A DNA stretch of 64,000 nucleotides from Schizochytrium sp. TIO01 (lineage: Eukaryota > Protista > Bigyra: Labyrinthulomycetes): positions 248,001-312,000 of the forward strand of contig SMSO01000033.1 in NCBI GenBank assembly GCA_004764695.1, given 5' to 3'. The notes under the pieces were generated by a model. That model worked only from the letters and a program-made list of their open reading frames with translations. It was not told the origin of the DNA and searched no databases. Position 1 is the first letter of the stretch, and each line of letters starts with the position of its first letter. Shown one piece after another: positions 54,557 to 64,000 of this stretch. The position numbers were made by a program, and so were the translations under genes.

Positions 54557-55706
54557 TTACAAGTTCAAGACTGGAGATGCTGAAACATCGCCCGAAGTCA
54601 CTAGTACAAGATTTGAAATCAAACGGGCACGCTGAGGTCCCTCCATGTGAACATTTGCAGCCTCAAGACGCTGCACCGCATCATTGGAAATTTCAACGGC
54701 GCCTTGCACAAGAAGATTGCGTGCTTCAACAACTGCGCGAGCTTGCTGGCGCTTAAGCATCGCACTAGCAATATCCTGAGAATAGTTGAGTTCATTCAGA
54801 GCACAGGTTTGAATCAACGCACCAGCAATGTCCACGCGAGGCTGAAGCATTTCTCGGCATCTCTGATTGATATCTGCAGTTTGTGTCTTGAGCTCATCAT
54901 AGGTGAATCTTGAAACAACATCCTTCACAACAGCAGCTGCTTGAGTCTCCACAAAGGCTCCTGGGGACTCCACGTTAAGAAGTGCTTTTCCAGCATCGAT
55001 GAAGCGGTACGTTAGTACAGCGCTGACAACCACCGGGTTGCCTGCCTTATCGAGAACACGCTGAGTGTTAAGACTGCGAATATCAGCTCCGTAGAACCAG
55101 AAGAATGTTAGTGAGAGTTTCTTCTGCAAATCAGATCACTCAGATATTAAGTTTCGTCGCAAGTCACAGAAGAAATGCTATATCTAGTGTTTCGTCTAAA
55201 CTTACATAATGCTAATTTGTGCTGTAGAGATACGCTGAAGATCTAAGCCAAAAGGAATAGTCCAGTGGCAGCCCGCGCTCTTATAGTGGCCAGTGAGCTG
55301 ACCATAGTGAAGAGAAATGGCCTCTTCTCGAGGTTCTGTATGTCATTACATAAACGGAAACACAACACATGCGCAATTGTTAGCTGCAAAGTACAAAGGA
55401 ATAGCCTTATGAGCCCAAATCCTCGCCAGACCTTCAGAAAACCCCGATTTTCAAGTTTCCATTTTTCAAGGCCGTCAACTACTAGTTTCAGGTTGCACCA
55501 AGCTTATGACAATTGCTCATCCATAGCGTGTATGCTCAGTCAAACTTACGCAGGACCCACCAGCCTGTAATACAGGCGAACGGAAAACAAAGCGCCGCAA
55601 GCGAGACTGCCAGGCAACTCGTGTGCATCTCTACATCACGAAAGTCATGGCGGTCCATGTCTGTAACACCCGGTGCAAGCACCTCGGTACCAGGAGGGCC
55701 TCCCAT
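54557..55706 (-). CDS. SPFH/Band-7 domain protein; 3 exons: 55550-55706, 55206-55335, 54557-55073
   Basis: Two GTAAG...CAG introns, each with a CTAAC branch site. The spliced 267-aa product aligns without gaps across both junctions to the paralogue at 57300 (STAQISIILNTQRVLDKAGNP vs STSQRTYDIPTQKITDLFGNP). Confidence 0.9.
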
Positions 55707-57299
55707 GGTGCAAGCGACTCTTTGTGCTAGCTTAGTCACTCAAGATACCAAGACCACCTCGCCCGAGCTCTGCAGTTATGGCTTCAAGCAAATTCTCGCA
55801 AGGTCTACAACCTGCGCTTTTGCAGACGTAACTTTTGCTTTAATTGTCTTGGAGGTGGAATTAATTACCGGAAACCGTGAAAAAGGATGTCTGCCCTTGG
55901 TCTTAGCTTTCGCATCGAATATTACGTTCTGCAAAGCTGTTTTGAAAGTAATACTTTTGCTGAATGGGGAACCTAGTTTTGGCGTCCGTCTAATGTGCTA
56001 CAGCTGTGACACTTCACTTCAAGTCTTCAAGTCAAACCTTTCACCAGCAATGAATCTTTTCCAAGCTAAGATCCAGCAGCTACCAGTGGCTACTACTTCA
56101 CTAACATAACACTTGGTAGTAATTCAATAATTTAGTATATTGAGCCAAGGGCCCTGAAATGAATCTTTGCTCATTCGGCGGCAGACTAAAGAAGTCTTCC
56201 TCACAGCACCAGCAGGCCTCGATTCCGATTACGGTACTTGAAATCGTACTATGAAGTTGCGGAGCCACTTGGTACGGAGCGTTCACTGGTCTGATTTCTG
56301 GTCGTAGTGTAAGATTAACTTGGAGTTGGTCAATACAAATGCACACCTAGGGCCTAGTTTCTACTATTTTCTGTAGCTAACATGCACAGCACGTGCACAG
56401 GTGTGCAATTAAGAGTAGTTAATGATCATGGGAAACAGCCATAGTCCGATTTACAAATTAAGTTTTCATTTCCATTCCAGACATGAAGAAGGTTTACAAG
56501 GCAGACTTTAAGATTTATATGGTGGTGTGCATCAAGGCTTGATCGAGGAATGATTGGAGATCTTTACGCTTTCAGTATCGCAAACTTGGGGACGGGGAAC
56601 CTATAAGAGACGAAATACCCTGGGTCTGGTATTAAACACCTTTTGGAATAATAGAGGGAAACTGGTCCGCGATTAGGGACCACGCAAAAACTTTCTATAC
56701 AAGTTTTCAACAAACCTTGGTGCTCTGGAAACATAGACGTCAAGCCGCGTCTCGAAAAGGGTAGGAGGGAAACCTTGTCTACTACGCTGCCACTAACAAT
56801 CAAATATCTGAGTCTGGTGCTGTTTCCAGAGAGAGTAAAGCATCAAAGAGATCTCAGGCTCTGGTTATCCGGCTTATATATCAGTTAGTGTACTGTTACC
56901 TAAAGAGTAGTACAACATAAGCAATCACTTCTGTAGACTCGCAGACACCTCAATTGCATTGAAGAGCAAAAGCGAAGTCATTCCTGATCCAACTAGCCTG
57001 GTGGTCTGCGTTGAACATCAACTCCTAATTCAAGGAGCCCCTACCTGGCGCTGGCGAGCAGCGTGTGTTGTAGACTCATCAAGTACATAGTAAAGTCGCA
57101 TCTCCTCGATCGCTATTGTGCCACATTGACTGACCTTGCGTTTCCCTTAGCAAGAGACAATCACAGCGGCCTGCTCTTTGAGTAAGACTTGGCCATCTTG
57201 TAGACAAAGCTTTGAGCTTAAACAGGATTTGCAAAACCTTTTTCTCTAGATCGAAAGCCGCTTTGAGACTTCGCCTGTTAATATTCAGGTATTCTAAAG

Positions 57300-58094
57300 A
57301 TGGGCGAGAGCGATTTGCCGATGGTGGCTGCCATGGACAGGCATGAAGAAATCAGTGATGGCGGATTCGAGGAAATCGAGATTGGTTTCTCTCTGCCTGC
57401 AACTCTTTGCTGCATAGTATGCGCTCCTTGTGCATTTATTAACGGCTGGTGGTCCATGGATCCCAAGGAGGAGGCTATAATCCTCAACACGGGTGTTGTT
57501 ACAGAAATCGTCACTACAGAGGGCTGCCACTGGAGCAATCCATGCTGCCGTGAGATCCGTAGGATCAGCACAAGTCAGAGGACATACGATATCCCGACGC
57601 AAAAAATTACTGATCTCTTCGGAAACCCGGTGATCGTTAGTGCCATCCTCACATACAGATTCGTGGATCCCAAGAAGGCCGCACTCAACGTTACCAGCCC
57701 TGAAAGCTACGTGCACAATGCCGCATCGGCAGCGCTCAAGGAGGTTATTGGGCAGTATTCCTATGATGAGCTTAAAGAGAAGTCTGATGAGGTATCTCAG
57801 ACTACAGTAGAAGTTCTTCAGCCTCGCGTCGCAACAGCTGGTGCCTACATTCAGAGTGTTACACTCAATGGTCTTGCGTATGCGCCTGAGATCGCTCAGG
57901 CCATGCTTCGCAAGCAACAAGCACAGGCTCTCATTGATGCTCGCCAGCTTCTTGTAGAGGGTTCTGTGGACATCTCTATTAAGGCTGTTGAGACTCTAGA
58001 ACGTACGGGTAATAGCATGACCGATGCTGAAAAGGCGAAGCTAGTGAGTGACCTTATTGTTGTCTCTGTTGGCGAGGGTAACCACGACTCCTAA
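57300..58094 (+). CDS. SPFH/Band-7 domain protein, intronless paralogue
   Basis: GNPVIVSAILTYRFVD, YSYD, LAYAPEIAQAMLRKQQAQALIDARQLLVEGSV; Cys-rich hydrophobic N-terminal segment. Confidence 0.9.
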   Translation: MGESDLPMVAAMDRHEEISDGGFEEIEIGFSLPATLCCIVCAPCAFINGWWSMDPKEEAIILNTGVVTEIVTTEGCHWSNPCCREIRRISTSQRTYDIPTQKITDLFGNPVIVSAILTYRFVDPKKAALNVTSPESYVHNAASAALKEVIGQYSYDELKEKSDEVSQTTVEVLQPRVATAGAYIQSVTLNGLAYAPEIAQAMLRKQQAQALIDARQLLVEGSVDISIKAVETLERTGNSMTDAEKAKLVSDLIVVSVGEGNHDS

Positions 58095-61000
58095 TTCATG
58101 GCAACAGAAGAGCAACACGAGCCTTGTTGAATCCAGTATGTATGCTTATGCTTACAAGGAGGTGTGTTACTCAATATTCGGCGTTTGGTATGCGCGAGCC
58201 TGCCAAACTATTTCCCTACTCATATGCAGCTGCAGATGTGGCTCATGGTGTTGGCAACTTTTAAAAACCTCACCGTAATCTTTGTTATCTTCTCGTCGAA
58301 TGAGACATGTAATTGTCCAAGAATGACTAGTGACGTTTGCTTTCATTACATTTGATACGTTAACTCTTTTTACCATCTTGTTTTATTCTTCAAATATTAC
58401 TTGAATGTCTCTGCGAATCTCTAGCTTAAGGAAAATCATCCTTTATTTTCTATGAGACTCATAGGGAATAAGTCTCATTTGCATATTCTTCAAAGGAACG
58501 GGAGAGGTACTGGATGGATGTTCCCGTCATTTCCCAAAGGGCGACTTTGTGAGCTTAATTTTACGGCTGTCAACGCTGTGTTACTCCTCACTGATTGCTC
58601 TTGATAGCTGAATGTTTTCCGCACGTATCGAGGAAGTATATTTACTGAAGCAAAATATATGTATATCTCTTCAGTACAGTAAGGAGGCGAGGGAATGAAA
58701 GGGCGAGAATTGCTTACATTTATGTGACCAGACTGTCCTTCTTCTCAGATACTCTGCTCACTTCTAGGCAGCGCCCCAAACCCAAGTATATACATGCCCA
58801 TGCTGGTGCTCATACATCGTACATATCTCCTTTCCTCCCTACTATCCACTACAAGGGTAGTCGATCCGAGCGCCCACTAGGCAGGAACTATTTCTACCAA
58901 TCCTCTTGCAGGTTACAGTACATCACTCATAGACTCGCTGTCAGCTCATACGATCCACAAGCCGCTTGCTTTTGTAAGCTCTTGGAGAGCACTAGGTCAG
59001 TCTATACGGGCTTTTGCTAGACTTGAGCGGTCTCTCTTCGAACTGAGCGTAGTATCATCCGAACAAAATCAAAAGCGCGGTATCCCTCTCTCTTCCCAAT
59101 TAAATAAACCGTGTTTGTTGTTCTCTCATAACATCCTAGCCAGGCTGTGTGACCCTTACAGCTGAACAACTTTCAGCACCTGTTTTTCAGAGCCCGGTAC
59201 CGCTGTGTCAAGGACTCCATGCGACGCATTGCACTCTACGCCTTTTATCCTCACGCCGCTCTTCTGGTCAGCAGAATCTCCGCCCCGAGTTGTTTATATA
59301 TAATCATGATCTCGTATTTCCGTCCTATTCTACTTCTTTCAACATGTTCCTTCATTTGCACGCGCAGGGTCCGAACTCCGCGTCATTGAATCCAAAACTA
59401 AGATCAAGATCCGCTTCTTCTCAGCGTTTGGCGCCTTCGTGCATTTATCAATTTACACCGCTTCCACGCTCTGCGAAGGCTTTGGATCTCATGGAGCTTC
59501 GACGCTGGCGAGTAGAATCGCAAGAGACCAGAAATCCGAAGGCCACGTTCTTCGTTTTGCTTCTGCAAGATCCAACTTGAGCTAGAACAGATCCTGTCAG
59601 GACCAAATTTCGCTCCAGGTGTGCACCACGGCAGGTCACGACCATTTATGATGATCATCGATGATGAATGCAACGATAAGAATCACGGCCCGCCCCACCA
59701 CGAATGAAGTTCGAGATCGCATCTACACTCGCGCGCGTAGCCTCCGCCGTGGAGCGCATCGCCACAGAACCCAGGTTCTGCAGTCCTGCAGTTTCTTGCA
59801 GCTTTGAGCACATCGACTTGAAGTCGTGCGACGTCTCTCGCTTCTACAAGTTCTGATCTGATTTCAAAGATTGCGCAGCGTTGCGCAATGACTCACTGTG
59901 GACTACGATGGTATATCCTGTGCCCGCTCCTGCTTACACGAACTCGAAGTATGGCCCGAAATCAAGCTCAAACCCAAGCTCGACTTGAGTTGACTTGAGT
60001 TGGCTTGAGTACAACCTGAGATGCTCTTCGAGTCCACCTTTAGCTCGATGCCTCAGACGCGAGGGAGTGGGTAAGCATGGATGCGACTCAGGAGTATCTT
60101 GGAGCGGCTCAGGCTTCGAAAACATTATTACGCGCCACTGTGATTTTTAGAAACCGCTCGCTCGTATGCCGATTCGATTGGCAACTGACTTCCTAACGTG
60201 TGAAGATACGGATACGATTGATGCCACGGTCGATAAATGGCTCGCAAATTGAGAAACGGTCCATCGAGCAGTGCGCTTGGACAGGCAAGCTTTTCGAGTT
60301 CTTTTGCGCGTTGTATTCCACTGTGCTCGGTTGTTCACAGATCAAGGATCGATTGACTTGAACTGAGTGATTTCTTTAAAAATAAATTCATTTTTTCTGT
60401 CTTTCTCCCTCTCTCTCTCTCTCTTAAGTACCCAGGTTGGTACCAAGGGAGTTGCCACTATTCAATCATTGTCACATTTGCTGGTCACTCAGAAGCCAGG
60501 TGGAGTTGGGGCCATGAACAGAGACGCTGGTTAGGGAACAGCTTTGTGGTTTGAGGGCAGTGAATCTGATTTGGAGTTTATATTGCAATTAGAAGAAGAA
60601 AGAAAATGAGAAAGGTTAACCCATTTTATTTTTTAAAATATATATATAAATCAATCGATCGTAAAATTGGACAAATGAAACTGAGTGAACGAAATTGAGC
60701 GAATGAAATCGATTGCCTAAAGAAACGGAAATGGTCGTAGGACCATCATGGTAGCATGGAAAAGCTCTGTTATTTTGGCTGCTGCTGTCCCTGGGTTCGC
60801 AGCAAAATCTCACTCATTCAAGAAAACAGACAGTCCTACCTCCTTGTGAGAATATTTGTTTATTTATTTTTCTGGCACGCGTGACAATGCTCGTCCTCTG
60901 AATATTAATAGGTACCCACCGACTGTCGAATGGTGTAGCTTTATAAGCTCTGCCTGCGCACGAAGGACACAGTGCCCCGCGTTATGAGCCATAACGACAG

Positions 61001-62503
61001 TATTAAGTAGGTGTAAATGATGCTTGGTTCTTCGGGTTCGAAAAGAACTTGCCTTCGGCACAACGGTGACGCTAAATTTACATTGTGGGTCTCTGCGTCA
61101 ATTGTTCGATGCGTTTTTAATTTATCATTAACACAGAATTCATGTGGAAAGCCTTGCAGTCTTCATGCCAAACCCTGTGTCATTCGGCATCTATTGGTCC
61201 ATTTTGCACAATTCCAACGCGAAGTTCTAACTCATGTCGCGCATAGTTTATCTATGTTGCTTCTGTTGCCAAGGCTGGCCCCACCCTTGCGCGCGACCCT
61301 CCACGCTTCGGAAGAAATCCCGTTTATTTTAGTTATAATAAAAGCAAAAACTGATTGTAATTGATAAAATTTTAGGAATAAAATTTTCAAAGATGTCAGA
61401 TCCGCGAATCGACAGCGGTCGTTGCCCCGTTCCTTAAGGTTCTTTTACAATGTATATCAGGTGTATGTTGCCTTTTTTTCGCTTCCTTTCTTTTTCTTGC
61501 TTTTCAATTAATCATTTGATTTGTTTTCAAAAACCACCCTTATGCATAGTGTAATATCAAAAACAATAGCACCAATACTTTTTTTTTTTGAAAATTAAAA
61601 AATAAATAAGAATAAAAATATATATCTGAATTCCGAATTCTGCAATCAAACAAGACAGCCAAAGGCTTGCCTGGTGAAATTCTGCACAATGATTTCTGCC
61701 AAATAAAAGCAAGGTGCCATAAGAATGCCAGAGACTAGACGTTCAATTCAGTGTTTGCTCTGCGCCTCAGCGTCTACTTTCCAAGTTGGGCCTCACGGAA
61801 ACGATTTCTCTGTAAATTCTTGATTTTGTGAAAAGTCGTGCCTGTGGTAGTACCAAGACTTTTGATTTTCTTTTCTTTCTCGTGGTCGGGTACTTCTTGT
61901 TTCCCGACTATGAGTAATAAGGGCTCGTTGAGAACAATGTGTTTCTATTTGCACTATCTTTGGATGGATACTTAAAGAAAATGAATAATAATAATAATTG
62001 CAATTGAATAATTGAATGAATGATTGAGGTTGATCATCCAGAGGTCTGCCTCTACTCCTGCGTGGCCTGCAACCTCTATTGTAGCGGCGGTCGTTCAAGT
62101 CTGCGCCAGGCAGATGGAAGGTCGGCTGGCCTCGTAGCAGTTTCCACGATAGTGAATGACGCGAATGTTGGTGGCAACGCGAAGCCTAACTTAGTGAAGG
62201 TAGTTCGGAATGGTTACAGGAAGGGGAAGCGAGTTTCTTTTTAATCTTAGTGACGACATTTACAATAGATATGCGGCGTTTGTTGCACAGTAGAGAAGGA
62301 TTTGTTGAATAGTAATTTGATATACTGTATAGTATAACGGGTTTGGCCTATAGTAATGCCTCGTGTGGGTGTGTCTGGATTAGAGTTGTGGAGCAAACCC
62401 GTTTTGTCGAGTTTAGACAAAGGCGCGAAATCAAGGCTGTAGACGGCCGTATTGCCCAGGTTGCCTGCGTTTGGGATTTGCAGATAAGGAAGTCCTCCAT
62501 AGG

Positions 62504-64000
62504 ATGTTGTTGACCTCGCTGCGTTCTACCACTCGCGCCAGGCTCTTCAGCCGCGACACAGCTGTGCATCCATGCCGTGTAGCTGCGGCTGGTCTGGCCT
62601 CGACTACCAAGAGCTTCCAAGCTGCCGTATGCGACGAGAATAACATCTGGACATCCACGTTCCCGCCTTGCGATGCATCTCTGACGCAGTCAGCGAGGTT
62701 CACGGAATTCATGATGAAGGATTTCCAAAAACATGGCTCTAAGCTCGCAATCCGCGATGGTGTTACTGGCGAAGAGCGTAGTTTCCAGGACATTTATGAA
62801 GACGTCCACAAGGTTGGTAGCTGCATGCAAGAAGAATTTGGCATTGGGCCTAATTCAAGAGTAGCTTTGTTCCTGCCCAACCATGTCGATTTCTTTACAG
62901 CCTTGCACGGCCCTGCTAAGCTTGGTGCTACCGTGACACCCATCAACCCGGCCTACCGTGAGCATGAAGTTTTCAACCAGCTCATGAGTGCTGATGTGCG
63001 TCTTGTTGTGGCCCACCCAGACACTGTCGATATTGCACGTGAAGCTGCCGCAGAGAAGAATGCCGAAAAGCAGCCTCATGAAGCTATTTGCCAAGTTATT
63101 TGTGTTTCTGATGAATTTGCAGAGATGCGCAATGGCCCGATGCCAAGCAAGCTCCTTCCGGACACCCCTGTTGATGCTGAGCACACTCTGTATCTTCCGT
63201 ACTCCTCGGGAACCACTGGTAAGCCCAAGGGTGTCGAACTGACACACGCAAACCTCATCTGGAATGTCCTCCAGAGTCACGAGATTGACTGCCAGTTCTT
63301 TGATGAGGAGTCCGTTGTGATCTCACCGCTCCCCATGTTCCATATTTACGGCTTCCTCGTCTCTGTGCACAACTGCTTCTACCATGGCAGACCCCTGATC
63401 ACCATGAAGCGCTACGACATTGAGCGTTTCTGCCAGCTCGTTCAGGACCATAAGGTCACCCGTGCTCATGTCGTACCGCCAATTCTTCTCCAGCTCAGTA
63501 AGCACCCGGTCGTCGATAACTACGATATGTCTAGCCTCAAAATTCTTCAATCTGCAGCTGCGCCACTTGGTCCTGAGACTGAGAAGGCTGTTCGTAACCG
63601 CCTGAAGGCTGATGTGAAGCAGCTTTGGGGAATGTCTGAGCTCTCTCCCCTTGGAACTGGCAACCCTGATGACCGCATCAAGGCCGGCAGTGCTGGTCCC
63701 CCCATTTCCGACACCCAGGCTAAGGTTGTCGACGTAACCTCTGGCAAGGCCCTTGGTATTGGCGAGGAGGGCGAGCTCTGCATCCGTGGTCCTCAGGTCA
63801 TGAAGGGCTATCTCAACGATGTTGAGAAGACTCGCGCTACCCTCACTGAAGATGGATGGCTCCACACTGGTGACATTGCTAAGATTGACGAAGATGGCTA
63901 CATCTATATCACTGATCGTCTCAAGGAGCTCATCAAGGTTAAGGGCTTCCCTGTTGCCCCTGCTGAGCTCGAAGCTGTTGTTTTTACTCACCCAGATGTC
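62504..64000 (+). CDS. 4-coumarate:CoA ligase / luciferase-like acyl-CoA synthetase, 3'-partial, with putative mitochondrial presequence
   Basis: Manual translation from ATG 62504 (MLLTSLRSTTRARLFSR...) stays in frame to the window end. LPYSSGTTGKPKGV, LPMFHIYG, QLWGMSE, GELCIRGPQVMKGY, GWLHTGD, DRLKELIKVKGFPVAPAELE. Not in ORF track (no stop in window). Confidence 0.92.
   Translation, partial: MLLTSLRSTTRARLFSRDTAVHPCRVAAAGLASTTKSFQAAVCDENNIWTSTFPPCDASLTQSARFTEFMMKDFQKHGSKLAIRDGVTGEERSFQDIYEDVHKVGSCMQEEFGIGPNSRVALFLPNHVDFFTALHGPAKLGATVTPINPAYREHEVFNQLMSADVRLVVAHPDTVDIAREAAAEKNAEKQPHEAICQVICVSDEFAEMRNGPMPSKLLPDTPVDAEHTLYLPYSSGTTGKPKGVELTHANLIWNVLQSHEIDCQFFDEESVVISPLPMFHIYGFLVSVHNCFYHGRPLITMKRYDIERFCQLVQDHKVTRAHVVPPILLQLSKHPVVDNYDMSSLKILQSAAAPLGPETEKAVRNRLKADVKQLWGMSELSPLGTGNPDDRIKAGSAGPPISDTQAKVVDVTSGKALGIGEEGELCIRGPQVMKGYLNDVEKTRATLTEDGWLHTGDIAKIDEDGYIYITDRLKELIKVKGFPVAPAELEAVVFTHPDV

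Noticed and set aside
59645-59862. ATGATGA...CTGA pair suggestive of a box C/D snoRNA
   Set aside because: No terminal stem or rRNA-complementary guide identified; would need an Infernal/snoscan search.
58095-62503. Short ORFs in the gene-free spacers (also 3315-6611, 13317-17135, 46200-51853)
   Set aside because: No recognisable domains, transposase/RT motifs or terminal repeats; small spliced genes or ncRNAs cannot be excluded without RNA-seq.

Overview
Eukaryotic, gene-dense, intron-poor nuclear DNA. Moderate-GC coding regions alternate with AT-rich, microsatellite-rich spacers ((GCAA)n, (AAAC)n). The style resembles a stramenopile such as a thraustochytrid, but this is inference only. 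About 19 protein-coding genes are supported. Two were missed by the ORF track because they run off the window: a Myb(SHAQKYF)+JAMM MYSM1-like deubiquitinase at the left end and a 4CL/luciferase-like acyl-CoA ligase at the right end. Two more were reconstructed across GT-AG introns: a 4-exon ER-type cyclophilin and a 3-exon SPFH gene. The left ~34 kb is rich in ubiquitin/degron/proteasome genes: the DUB, two F-box-like proteins, proteasome beta-2, an NTAN1 homologue whose catalytic Cys appears replaced by Ser, and DCAF12. It also holds SPT subunit LCB1, an alpha/beta hydrolase and a multi-C2/CEP76-like protein. The right part carries a class IV PLP enzyme, four tandem membrane-anchored beta-lactamase-fold (family VIII esterase-like) genes, a PTS1-bearing long-chain acyl-CoA synthetase, and a head-to-head pair of bacterial-type SPFH paralogues (one with introns, one without). 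No rRNA, tRNA, CRISPR or transposase was recognised. The 'system-level' findings are hypotheses from gene neighbourhood, not demonstrated systems.
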